Source: an uncultured Bacillota bacterium (GTDB lineage: Bacteria > Sysuimicrobiota > Sysuimicrobiia > Sysuimicrobiales > Segetimicrobiaceae). From it: a DNA stretch of 64,000 nt. This document shows, piece by piece, positions 21,577-30,822 of this stretch. Position 1 is the stretch's first letter; each line of letters opens with the position of its first letter. The notes beneath the pieces are model-generated. The model did not search any database. It was not told the origin of the DNA and saw only the letters and a program-made list of their open reading frames with translations. The position numbers and the translations under genes are program-made. The DNA lies in NCBI GenBank assembly GCA_963804645.1, contig CAWDRG010000017.1, positions 794,276-858,275 of the forward strand. The letters run 5' to 3'.

Positions 21577-22059
21577 TTAGAGTTTGTAGCCGATCTTCCG
21601 CAGCAGGCCGTGGCGCGCGGCGACGTCCTCGGGGCCTTCGACGCCGAGCGGGGGCTGCCCGTCCACGACGCCGAGGACGCCCCGCCCCTGTTCGGTCTCC
21701 GCGACGATCACCTCGAGCGGATTCGCGGTCGCGCAGTAGATCCGGCAGACCTCAGGCACCCGCCGCACCGCGTCGAGCACGTTGACCGGGTACGCGTTGC
21801 CGAGCATGATGAGGAACGCGTGGCCGCACCCGATCGCCTGCAGATTCCGCACGGCCAGCGCGACCAGCGCCGGATCGGTCCCGGTCGAGCGCACGAGCCG
21901 CGGTCCGCTCGCCTCGCAGAACGCGGCGCCGAACAGAATCCCGGGCACCGTGCCGACCAGCGCCTCGTGCAGATCCTCGATCGTCTTGATGAAGTGCGAC
22001 TGCCCGAAGATCAGATTGAGACCGTCGGGGTTGTCGACGCGCACGACGAACATCTGCAT
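21577..22059 (-). CDS. Adenosine-specific kinase family (DUF355)
   Basis: GQSHFIKTIEDL, FCEASG, RIYCATANP, LRKIGYK. Confidence 0.9.
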   Translation of the reverse strand: MQMFVVRVDNPDGLNLIFGQSHFIKTIEDLHEALVGTVPGILFGAAFCEASGPRLVRSTGTDPALVALAVRNLQAIGCGHAFLIMLGNAYPVNVLDAVRRVPEVCRIYCATANPLEVIVAETEQGRGVLGVVDGQPPLGVEGPEDVAARHGLLRKIGYKL

Positions 22060-22208
22060 CCGCGTCCTCCGCGCTGCGTTCTGCACCCCTTCCTTCCTCC
22101 GCGCAGCGTGCCGTTCCTGGTGCGCAGCGCAGGGCGGCCGCCGGACGCCGTCGAACTCGCACGGCAGCCGGCCGGATCGTGCGAGCCGGCCGGCCGGGAG
22201 GCAGGCAG

Positions 22209-22631
22209 ATGCAAGCGACCGTGCGGTGGGAGGGCGGGCTCGCCTTCGGGGTCACGGCGGGATCCGGCGGCACGATCACCCTCGACACCACGCCGGAACA
22301 CGGCGGCCGCGGGCCGTCGCCGATGGAAGCCCTCCTCGCCGCGCTCGGCGGGTGCACGGGGATGGACGTGGTGTCCGTCCTCCAGAAGATGCGCGCCCCC
22401 ATCGAAGGTCTGGAGATCCAGATCTCCGGCGAGCGCGCGGCGGACCACCCCCGGGTCTTCACCCACATCACGCTGGAGTACGTGTTTACGGGCGCAGCCC
22501 TCACGTCCGACCAGGTGCGGCGGGCAGTCACGCTCAGTCAGGATCGCTACTGCTCGGTCTCGGCGATGATCCGCAAGGCGACCGCGCTGACGTATTCGTG
22601 GCGGATCGCCGGCACGCCGCATCACGGCTAG
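22209..22631 (+). CDS. OsmC/YhfA family protein
   Basis: GPSPMEALLAALGGCTGMDV..RYCSVS. Confidence 0.9.
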   Translation: MQATVRWEGGLAFGVTAGSGGTITLDTTPEHGGRGPSPMEALLAALGGCTGMDVVSVLQKMRAPIEGLEIQISGERAADHPRVFTHITLEYVFTGAALTSDQVRRAVTLSQDRYCSVSAMIRKATALTYSWRIAGTPHHG

Positions 22632-22755
22632 GCGCGCCACGCCCCGCCCGTACCTCCGGCCCGAGACGTTATAATCGTCCTGTGATGCGCCACATCGACA
22701 CCGCGCCACACGCGGGATCCCGTTCGCCACGCGGCCGGCCCGGAGGAGCTCGCGC

Positions 22756-24507
22756 ATGGACGTAATCGAGACCCTCGATCGCCTGCTGGCCGAGGCATCG
22801 CCGCTCCCGACCGAACGCGTCGCCGCGTCCGAGTCGGACGGCCGGGTCGCCGCCGAAGACGTGCTGGCGGCGGTCCCGGTCCCGCATTTCCCCAGGGCCG
22901 CGATGGACGGGTACCTCTGCCATGATGCCGACGTCCGCGACGCTTCCGCCGAACGCCCCGCGCGGCTCCGCATCACCGGCGCGGTCGAGATGGGCGAGCG
23001 ACCCGGGCCCGGACCGGCGCTCGGAGAAACGTGGACGGTCCCCACCGGCGGCGCGATCCCGGCGCGCGGCGATCGCGTCGTCCCGCTCGAATGGGTCCGG
23101 GTGGACGATGGCATCGCGTCCATCGGGCGGCCGATCCGGGTGAAGACGAACATCTCCCCGGTCGGGGAGACGATCGCGGTGGGCGCACGCGTGGCGCAGG
23201 CGGGCGAGGTCATCGCACCGGCCGTCGCGGCCGCGCTGGTCGGCTGTGGGGTGCGCGACGTCGCCGTGCACCGCCGGGTGCGCGTGGCGGTCATCGCGAC
23301 CGGCAGCGAGCTGGCGGATCCAGCCGCCTCGACGGCGCCGCTTCCGGCCGGCCACGTGTTCAACAGCAACTCCGTCGCGCTGCGCGGTATCCTCGAGGCC
23401 CTGAACTGCACGGTCGAGTACCGGGGCATCGCCCCGGACGAGCCCAAGGAGCTGCTGGCGGCGCTCACCGCCCTGCCCGGCCGGTACGACCTCGTGATCT
23501 CGTCGGGCGGCGTGTCGGTCGGGCGCCACGATGCCGTGCAGCGCACGTGGCTCGAACTCGGCGCCCGGCAGATCGCGGGGCGCGTCCCCCTGCGGCCCGG
23601 CGGGCCATTTTTCGCGGGGCGGCTCGGAAACGCGTGGGTCGCCGGGGTCTCCGGCACCCCGGTCGCGTGTCTTGCCGCGTTCCACCTGCTGGTGCAGCCG
23701 CTCGTGCGGCGGCTCCAGGGACGGCACCGCGTGGTCCGGCCCGTCAGAACCGTACAGGTGTCCACGGCGCTCCCGCCCGCCGTCGACAAGATGCGCGCCT
23801 TGTGGGCGTGCCTGCCGAACGCGTCCGAGCACGCCGCGGAGGCGCAGGTGCTCACGGGGACCCCCGGAGGCGACTACGCGTCCGTCATCGGCGCGACGGC
23901 GCTTGTCCTGCTGCCCCCTGGTACGCCCGCCCTGCCGGCCGGATCGCGAGTACCCGCCCTGCTGCTCGACCAGGACGAGGATCGCGCCCGGCTGTCCCTG
24001 CCGCGGCCGGAGCCCGCCGCGACCGTCATCGGGGTCACCGGGGTGTCGGGCAGCGGCAAGACCACGGTGCTCGCCGCCATCGTGCGCCGCCTCGCCGCCG
24101 CGGGGCTACGGGTCGCGGTGGTGAAACACGCGGCCCACGGCTTCGCCGCCGACCGCCCGGGAAGCGACAGCGCCCGGTTCGCCGATGCCGGCGCGCACGT
24201 GGTCGTCCTCGCCGGGCCGGACGACACCGTCCTGCGGATCGCGGCCGCCGTTGAGGACGGGACGCATGCCGCGCGCATCGCCGGGGACGCGGCCCGGGCG
24301 GCGTGGGGAGCGCCCCCGAACGTCATCCTCATCGAGGGGTTCCAGCATCCCGAACGCCCCGTGATCCTCGTCGGAGACCAAAAGTCCGGCGCCGTCGGGC
24401 CGGTGCTCGCGACGATCGCCGCGGTGGACGGCGTGGCGCCGGATCGGCTCGAGGCCGAGATCGATCGGATCGCGAACTGCGTCCGCGCCCTCCTCGCGGC
24501 CCGCTGA
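22756..24507 (+). CDS. moeA: Molybdopterin molybdotransferase MoeA fused to a MobB P-loop domain
   Basis: RAAMDGY, TGG.IP, ATGSEL, SSGGVSVG, then GVSGSGKTT..AVVKHAAH. Confidence 0.88.
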   Translation: MDVIETLDRLLAEASPLPTERVAASESDGRVAAEDVLAAVPVPHFPRAAMDGYLCHDADVRDASAERPARLRITGAVEMGERPGPGPALGETWTVPTGGAIPARGDRVVPLEWVRVDDGIASIGRPIRVKTNISPVGETIAVGARVAQAGEVIAPAVAAALVGCGVRDVAVHRRVRVAVIATGSELADPAASTAPLPAGHVFNSNSVALRGILEALNCTVEYRGIAPDEPKELLAALTALPGRYDLVISSGGVSVGRHDAVQRTWLELGARQIAGRVPLRPGGPFFAGRLGNAWVAGVSGTPVACLAAFHLLVQPLVRRLQGRHRVVRPVRTVQVSTALPPAVDKMRALWACLPNASEHAAEAQVLTGTPGGDYASVIGATALVLLPPGTPALPAGSRVPALLLDQDEDRARLSLPRPEPAATVIGVTGVSGSGKTTVLAAIVRRLAAAGLRVAVVKHAAHGFAADRPGSDSARFADAGAHVVVLAGPDDTVLRIAAAVEDGTHAARIAGDAARAAWGAPPNVILIEGFQHPERPVILVGDQKSGAVGPVLATIAAVDGVAPDRLEAEIDRIANCVRALLAAR

Positions 24508-24567
24508 CCGGCATCGCGGGGAGCCCCCGGAACACCGGCGGGCGACGCGGAGCGAGGGTCCCTCGCG

Positions 24568-24912
24568 TTACGCCGGCTTGGGGCGCGGCACCACCGGGGA
24601 GTAGTCGGTTGGGACGAGCACGCGATCCTCGATCTCTCCGACAAGATCGCCGTGCACCGCGCTGGTTGCGCGCTTGATCTCCTTCCACTCCTCGTTCGCC
24701 ATGAACGCCGCCCAGCCCGCGCGCATCGCGGCCTCGTCCGGCCAGGCCAGCACGTAGACGAACTCGGTTCGCCGGGCCGTCTTCGCTTCCCACATCGCGA
24801 CGATCTCGAACCCATGCCGCCGCATGATCCGCGCGGCGTGATCGCGAAAGCGCTCGTGGAACGCCGTCTTGTTGCCCTCGAAGATCTCATAGATCCGGAG
24901 CTGGTGGATCAT
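24568..24912 (-). CDS. NIPSNAP family protein
   Basis: MIHQLRIYE..FHERFRDH..FVYVLAW..W..F...EW. Confidence 0.85.
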   Translation of the reverse strand: MIHQLRIYEIFEGNKTAFHERFRDHAARIMRRHGFEIVAMWEAKTARRTEFVYVLAWPDEAAMRAGWAAFMANEEWKEIKRATSAVHGDLVGEIEDRVLVPTDYSPVVPRPKPA

Positions 24913-25063
24913 GACGCATCCTCCCCTGACGCCGCGCGTGAGCGGAGCGGCGCCGCACACGGGCTGTCGGGGAAGGAAGTTGGCGGCCTCGTCGAAAAAG
25001 TCCCGTCCGGATGCCGCCGACCGCGGCGGCATATCCAAGCCACCCCGGGGGCCGCGCCCAGCC

Positions 25064-25447
25064 GTGAACATCGACCGGATTGACCATCTCGTCCTGACCG
25101 TCCGCGACGTCGAGGCCGCGTGCGCGTTCTACGCGCGCGTCCTCGCGATGTCCCCGGTCACGTTCGACGGCGGCCGCAGAGCACTGGCGTTCGGCGCCCA
25201 GAAGATCAATCTACATCAGGCCGGCGCCGAATACGAGCCAAAAGCCCTCCGCCCGACCCCGGGGTCGGGCGACTTCTGCCTGATCACGAAGACGCCAGTC
25301 GAGGACGTCGTCGCGCACCTGCGCGGCTGCGGCGTCGAGATCGTGGCCGGCCCCACTCCGAAACAGGGGGCCGCGGGCTCGCTCCGGTCCGTGTACTTCC
25401 GCGATCCGGACGGCAACCTGGTCGAGATCTCGAACTACATCGGGTGA
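25064..25447 (+). CDS. VOC/glyoxalase family protein
   Basis: IDHLVLTVRD..FGAQKINLH..SVYFRDPDGNLVE. Confidence 0.92.
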   Translation: MNIDRIDHLVLTVRDVEAACAFYARVLAMSPVTFDGGRRALAFGAQKINLHQAGAEYEPKALRPTPGSGDFCLITKTPVEDVVAHLRGCGVEIVAGPTPKQGAAGSLRSVYFRDPDGNLVEISNYIG

Positions 25448-25655
25448 CGATCCGGCGCGCGGACCGCTCGGGCCCGCGTGCCGGACACGGTCGACCCGCG
25501 GAGTCACCGGTCTTCGCGCGCGGCGGACAGACCGGGCCCGGCCGGGGCCCCCACGCCCCCGACGTTTCGTTGACGCGGCGCGGGGCCGGATGCTAGCATC
25601 ACGGTGCGGCGCGCGCCCTGCACCATGCGCGGCCGACGGCTCCGAGGGACACACC

Positions 25656-26558
25656 ATGACGCCGCGCCTCACACGGTCACCGGACCCCGGCAGCCTGCGG
25701 GCACCGCGCACCAGCACGGTGCGGCGGCGCGTGCTGCGGGCCACCGGCGGCACGGTGCGGGAGCGCACGGACGTCGTCGCGACCGAGGAGCCGCTCGAGA
25801 TCCGTGTGTGGCCGCCCGACCAGCGCGCCGCGGTCCAGGTCGCGGTCACGATGCGCACGCCGGGCCACGACTTTGAGCTCGCGGCGGGCTTTCTCTTCAC
25901 CGAGGGCATCGTCCGCGGCGCCGGCGCGATCCGGTCGATGAGCTACTGCACGGATCCGGCGCTCGACGGCGAGCAGCAGTACAACATCGTGAACGTGTTT
26001 CTGCGACCGCACGCCGCGTTCGATCTCACCCGGGCCACCCGTCACTTCTACGCGACGTCGAGCTGCGGCGTCTGCGGAAAGGCGTCGATCGATGCCATTC
26101 GCCTCGACGGCGTCGCCTCGGTGGCGGAGGACGATCTCGCCGTCGACGGCCGGGCGCTGGGCGGGTGCGTCGACCAGCTCCGCGCCGCCCAGTCCGTGTT
26201 CGACAAGACGGGCGGGCTCCACGCGGCGGGCCTGTTCGACGCCGCCGGACGCCTCGTGGCGTCGCGTGAGGACGTCGGCCGGCACAACGCCGTGGACAAG
26301 ATCGTCGGCCGCGCGCTGCTCGGCGGCGCGGTACCGCTCCGCCGCCACCTCCTGCTCGTCAGCGGCCGGGCGAGCTTCGAGATCACGCAGAAGGCGGCGG
26401 CAGCGGGGATCCCGATCCTCGCCGCGGTCTCGGCACCGTCGAGCCTGGCGTGCGAGGCGGCGGAGGCGTTTGGGATGACGCTGGTCGGCTTCGTGCGGGG
26501 CGCCCAATTCAGCGTGTACACCGGGGCGCGACGGATCCGGCCGGACGGCCCGCAATGA
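25656..26558 (+). CDS. fdhD: Formate dehydrogenase accessory sulfurtransferase
   Basis: EEPLEI, TMRTPG, SSCGVCGK, TGGLHAA, EDVGRHNAVDK. Confidence 0.95.
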   Translation: MTPRLTRSPDPGSLRAPRTSTVRRRVLRATGGTVRERTDVVATEEPLEIRVWPPDQRAAVQVAVTMRTPGHDFELAAGFLFTEGIVRGAGAIRSMSYCTDPALDGEQQYNIVNVFLRPHAAFDLTRATRHFYATSSCGVCGKASIDAIRLDGVASVAEDDLAVDGRALGGCVDQLRAAQSVFDKTGGLHAAGLFDAAGRLVASREDVGRHNAVDKIVGRALLGGAVPLRRHLLLVSGRASFEITQKAAAAGIPILAAVSAPSSLACEAAEAFGMTLVGFVRGAQFSVYTGARRIRPDGPQ

Positions 26559-26643
26559 GCCGGCGGGCGGCCTCGCGCTCCGGGGTCGTGGGACTTGACT
26601 AGTTGGCTATAATGGGTACCGTGACTGAAGCGGAGGTGAGGGA

Positions 26644-26991
26644 ATGACCCGTAAGGCAACGACACGCGGGCGAAAGGTGAAAGCGGCGCGCCCCGCCAAG
26701 CAGGCGTCGCGCTCGACCACCCGCACCGGCAAGAAGACGTCGAGCGCCCGCGCGACGAAGTCGACCGCCGCCACCGTCCAGCGCAAGCGGCCCGCGACGC
26801 GTACCGCCGCCGCCGTCCGCAAGACCGAGCGCGCCGCCCGCCCCGAGGAGCTCAAGCCCGATTTGGTGCCGACGACGCACGCGGAGGACGACGACGAGAT
26901 CGACTGGCTCGCCGAGGACGAGGACCCGAGGAGCCAGATCGTCGAGGGCGACGACGACGACTGGAGCTCCAGCAACGAAGACGAGTGGTGA
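26644..26991 (+). CDS. Hypothetical protein with Lys/Arg/Thr-rich histone-like N-half and very acidic C-half
   Basis: GGAGGTG RBS, TATAAT upstream, strong charge bipolarity. Confidence 0.7.
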   Translation: MTRKATTRGRKVKAARPAKQASRSTTRTGKKTSSARATKSTAATVQRKRPATRTAAAVRKTERAARPEELKPDLVPTTHAEDDDEIDWLAEDEDPRSQIVEGDDDDWSSSNEDEW

Positions 26992-27009
26992 CCGCCGAGA
27001 CCACTCGTC
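26980..27009. terminator. 10-bp hairpin between convergent genes
   Basis: GACGAGTGGT-N10-ACCACTCGTC overlapping the stop codon; no U-tract. Confidence 0.35.
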
Positions 27010-27070
27010 CTCGGTCCCGGCCGGCTCGTTCGACCCCGCTCCCACCGGGACGCTGATCGTCCCGGGCGTG

Positions 27071-27328
27071 TTAGACCATCATCTCGTCCACGTAACACCA
27101 ACGCCAGTCCTCACCCGGCTCGAACGATTGCATGATCGGGTGGTGGACGGCGTGAAAGTGCTTGGTCGCGTGACGGTTCTTCGAGCTGTCGCAGCAGCCG
27201 ACGTGTCCGCACGTGAGACAGAGCCGGAGATGGACCCACGTGTCCCCCATCTCCAGACACTCCTTGCACCCCTTGCCCGACGGAGTGACCTGACGGATCT
27301 GATCGGTGTGCCGGCATGTCTTCGCCAT
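27071..27328 (-). CDS. UBP-type zinc finger protein
   Basis: GCKEC..WVHLRLCLTCGHVGCCDSS..HATKH. Confidence 0.92.
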   Translation of the reverse strand: MAKTCRHTDQIRQVTPSGKGCKECLEMGDTWVHLRLCLTCGHVGCCDSSKNRHATKHFHAVHHPIMQSFEPGEDWRWCYVDEMMV

Positions 27329-27349
27329 AGCCCCTCCCTCGTTGCTATC

Positions 27350-28300
27350 CTACGTCCACCCGGTGCCGGGTCTGGGCCGCTCCAGCGCGGCGCGGTCCCA
27401 GCCGGCAAGATCCGCTCCAGCCTCGTACGCACTCTGCGCAAACTCGAGCAGCGCCCACCGCGGCGACGCCGCCGTCCGCATGCGCTCGTACGGGAAGAGA
27501 AACTCCCCGAGGCCCTTGTCGTACGATGCGCCGGCCGGCTGGACCCCTGCGCGCTCTAACCCGGGCGGCGCCGGCGCCGTGTACGCGTAGAACGCGGGCT
27601 CCAGCACCGTCCCGCTGCCCGGCCAGAAGCCGACGCTGCTCACTTCGTGCGAGTACCCTTCGCGCGTCAGGAAGTCGGCGTCCTTGCCCGGCGGAGGCGA
27701 CGCCCGCCGGCCGCTGAACCGCGAGACCGCGAGGTCGAAGCTGCCCCAGAAGAAGTGCACCGGGCTGCACTTCCCCATGAACCGTCCCCGAAACGCCTTC
27801 AGCACCGTGTCCGCGGACGCGAGCACGCGACAGAACCGGGTCGCGTACTCCGGGTCGTACGACGCGTGCTGGGTGTCCTCGGCGAACGGGATTGGATTCG
27901 GCACCTCGTCCGGGATCGCGACGATCCTCACGCTGATCCCGAGCGCGTCGAGCGTCTCCATCACGTCCTTGTAGAAATCGGCCACCGTGCGGGGGGCGAG
28001 GCGCACACGCCGCGTGGCGCCGTCGGAGACGTCGATCACGAGCTCGTGGGCCAGAAAGTCAAACCGCATCTCGAAGGTCCCCGACCCGTAGGGAATCGCC
28101 GACGTGGTCAGGCCCCGCGGCGTCACATAGAACGTGCTGTGCCAGTAGTGGTTGATCCGTCTCGTCAGCGTGAGCCGCACTTTGCCGACGATCTGCGTCC
28201 ACATGTGCAGGGTGTCGCACGTATCCCGCCAGGCCTCGAGCGGAAGCGGCGGCCACGCGGCCGCGGAATCGGTCCAGCGCGGTACATCGGGCATGGTCAT
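27350..28300 (-). CDS. DUF5996 family protein
   Basis: TLHMWTQIVGK, VHFFWGSFDLAVSRFSGR. Confidence 0.88.
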   Translation of the reverse strand: MTMPDVPRWTDSAAAWPPLPLEAWRDTCDTLHMWTQIVGKVRLTLTRRINHYWHSTFYVTPRGLTTSAIPYGSGTFEMRFDFLAHELVIDVSDGATRRVRLAPRTVADFYKDVMETLDALGISVRIVAIPDEVPNPIPFAEDTQHASYDPEYATRFCRVLASADTVLKAFRGRFMGKCSPVHFFWGSFDLAVSRFSGRRASPPPGKDADFLTREGYSHEVSSVGFWPGSGTVLEPAFYAYTAPAPPGLERAGVQPAGASYDKGLGEFLFPYERMRTAASPRWALLEFAQSAYEAGADLAGWDRAALERPRPGTGWT

Positions 28301-28311
28301 GCCGGTCCCCC

Positions 28312-29001
28312 TCAGCGCGGGTGTGCGGAGCCGCCGAATGCGCCCGGCGCCCCGTCTTCCGATGCGGCCAGCCTCGCGACGATCTTCCTCGCCTCGTCGA
28401 TCTCGTCCCGGTCGATCGTGTGCGGCAGCCCCGGATACCGGCGCAGCGTCACGTCCGCGCCGAGGCCGGAGAGCACCGACGCCGACTCCTCGACGCGCGC
28501 CCAGGGCACGTGAGGATCGGGATCCCCCGCCCCGAGAAACACCGGCGTCCCGGCAAGATCGCCTGGGTAGTGAAACCGCGTGCCCGGCGGCCCGATGAGG
28601 CCGCCGGTAAACCCGATCAGACCGCCGTAGCGCGCGGCGTTCCTCGCGACAAACTCAGTCGCCAGACACGCGCCCTGCGAAAACCCGGCCACGGCCACGC
28701 GGCGGGTCGGGATCCCCGCGCGGACCGCCCGCTCGACCAGACCGGCCAGCACCTGCAGGGCGGAGCTGAGCCACGGCTCGTTGTCGGCAATCGGCGCCAG
28801 GAACGGCCGCGGGTACCAGGTACCGCCGGCCGCGTCCGGGGCGAGATACGCGAGCTCAGGCTGCCCAAACGCCTCGGCCAGGCCCAGAATGTCCTCCGCC
28901 GAAGCGCCCCGGCCGTGCACGAGAATCACCGCGCCGGCCGCCGACTCGAGCGGACGCCCGCGCTGGAGCACCGGTTGATTCCGGTGGGGATCGGCCGTCA
29001 C
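28312..29001 (-). CDS. Phospholipase/carboxylesterase (alpha/beta hydrolase)
   Basis: VHGRG, GFSQG, DPHVP, H catalytic triad. Confidence 0.9.
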   Translation of the reverse strand: MTADPHRNQPVLQRGRPLESAAGAVILVHGRGASAEDILGLAEAFGQPELAYLAPDAAGGTWYPRPFLAPIADNEPWLSSALQVLAGLVERAVRAGIPTRRVAVAGFSQGACLATEFVARNAARYGGLIGFTGGLIGPPGTRFHYPGDLAGTPVFLGAGDPDPHVPWARVEESASVLSGLGADVTLRRYPGLPHTIDRDEIDEARKIVARLAASEDGAPGAFGGSAHPR

Positions 29002-29615
29002 GGCGTGCGGGCCCCCGGGACGTCCGCGCCTCCGTCGGCGCGCCGCACCCGCTCAAGATCGTCGGGCGTATCCACATCCCACGACGCCGGCCCCTCCCCG
29101 ACGTCGACCTCCGCCAGGAGATCGGGATGCCCGCGGAGCAGCACGCGCGCGCCGACGTCTCCGTCGAGCGCGCGCGCCTCGTCAAACAGGTCCCGCCCAA
29201 TCAGCATCGGCGCGCCGCGCACCGTCCCGTACCGCGACGCGACCAGCGGGCGGCCGGTGTCGCGGTGCGCGTCAATCAACGCGTTGATGATCTCGGGGCC
29301 CACAAACGGCTGGTCGCCGAGCATCACCACAACCGCCTCGCACGCATCGGGGAGCGCGGCGATGCCGGCCGCGACCGAGGTCCCCATACCCTCGGCGTAC
29401 CGCGGGTTCAGGACCGCGCGGGCGCCGGCCTCGCGGGCGGCGGCCGTAATGTCTTCGGCCCCCGCACCCACGACCACGAGCACGTCGTCGCACCGGGACG
29501 CGCGCGCCGCGCGGAGCACGCGCGCGAGCAGCGCCTCTCCGCCGACCGGGAGGAGCAGCTTGGGCGACCCCATCCGGACGGCACGGCCCGCGGCGAGCAC
29601 CAGCGCCGCAATCAC
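28998..29615 (-). CDS. Molybdenum cofactor cytidylyltransferase MocA-like nucleotidyltransferase
   Basis: LAAGRAVRMG.PKLLL, LGDQP, GDVGAR, DVDTP. Confidence 0.88.
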   Translation of the reverse strand: MIAALVLAAGRAVRMGSPKLLLPVGGEALLARVLRAARASRCDDVLVVVGAGAEDITAAAREAGARAVLNPRYAEGMGTSVAAGIAALPDACEAVVVMLGDQPFVGPEIINALIDAHRDTGRPLVASRYGTVRGAPMLIGRDLFDEARALDGDVGARVLLRGHPDLLAEVDVGEGPASWDVDTPDDLERVRRADGGADVPGARTP

Positions 29616-29625
29616 GGGGCGAACC

Positions 29626-30822
29626 TCACTCCTGGCAGACGACGACGTTGCGCGCGGCCGCCGCGGTGCCGGCGGGCTCCGTCGCCGCGTGCGCGACCTC
29701 ATGAATCGGGCCCGGACGCTCCCGGAGGGACACGGCCGCGCGTCCGTTCCGGACGGCCAGCATCTCGGCAAGCACGCTCAGCGCGATCTCTTCCGGCGTC
29801 TCGGCCCCGAGGTCGAGTCCGACCGGCGCGTACAGCCGGGCGCGCTGCGCGTCGTCCACGACGACACCTTCCTTGGCGAGGTCCGCGAGCAGACGCTCGG
29901 TCCGCCGCCGCGGCCCGAGCAGGCCGATGTAGCGGGCCGGGGTCCCGAGCAGGCCGCGCAGCAGGCCGAGATCGTGGAGGTAGTTGTGGGTCATCAGGAT
30001 CACGAACGTCTCGGGGTCGATGCGCACCTTCGTCGGGACGTCCGCGTCGTCGGTGAGCACCACCTCATCCGCCTCGGGAAACCGCTCCCGGCTCGCGAAC
30101 GCCGGGCGGCTGTCCGCGACCATGACCCACCATCCGAGCTCATGGCCCAGCCGGACGACGGGCAGCGTGTCGTGACCGGCCCCGCACACCAGCAGCGGCA
30201 GCGGCGAGGAGACGACCTCGACGAACACCTCGACGGGGCCTCCCGGCGCCTCGAGCGTCAGCACCTCGGAACGGCCCACCGCGAGCTGGTCCCGAACGGC
30301 CGCCCGCGCGCGCGCGTCAAGCGCGGGATCGCCGAGCGTCCCCCGCACGCCGCCGCCGTCGGGGCCGGCGGGCACGATCAGGCGCGCGCCGACCTCCGCG
30401 CCGCCGGTGGGCGCCGCGATCACGGTGGCCAGCGCGATCGTGCGCCGATGCTCCACGCTGTCTCGGAGCAGCGCCACCGCCTCGTCCCCGCGCGCGTCAA
30501 CCACGGCTTCGACGAACACGTCGATCGCGCCGTTGCAGCCGAGGCCGAGCCCCCACACCGCGTCGTCGTCGGAGGTCATGTCGTAATTCACGAGCCGGGG
30601 ACGGCCCGTCGCCAACACGTCGCGCGCGATTTCCGCCACATCGCCTTCCAGGCAGCCGCCGCTGATCGACCCGACGGTCCGCCCGCTGGCCTCAATCAAG
30701 AGGCGCGCGCCTTCCCGGCGGTACGTGGATCCGCGCACCCGGACCACCGTCGCGACCGCCGCGGGCTCGCCGCGGCCGCGCAGAGCTACCAGTTGGCTCA
30801 GAATATCGCGAAGCTCCCTCAT
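29626..30822 (-). CDS. XdhC/CoxI family Moco chaperone
   Basis: GSTYRREGA, SISGGCLE, LGCNG, YIGLLG, PVGLDLGAETPEEIA. Confidence 0.92.
   Translation of the reverse strand: MRELRDILSQLVALRGRGEPAAVATVVRVRGSTYRREGARLLIEASGRTVGSISGGCLEGDVAEIARDVLATGRPRLVNYDMTSDDDAVWGLGLGCNGAIDVFVEAVVDARGDEAVALLRDSVEHRRTIALATVIAAPTGGAEVGARLIVPAGPDGGGVRGTLGDPALDARARAAVRDQLAVGRSEVLTLEAPGGPVEVFVEVVSSPLPLLVCGAGHDTLPVVRLGHELGWWVMVADSRPAFASRERFPEADEVVLTDDADVPTKVRIDPETFVILMTHNYLHDLGLLRGLLGTPARYIGLLGPRRRTERLLADLAKEGVVVDDAQRARLYAPVGLDLGAETPEEIALSVLAEMLAVRNGRAAVSLRERPGPIHEVAHAATEPAGTAAAARNVVVCQE

Noticed and set aside
26980..27009. Hairpin at a TGA stop as a second SECIS/readthrough signal
   Set aside because: The stem begins upstream of and includes the stop codon, lacks SECIS geometry, and runs toward a convergent gene.
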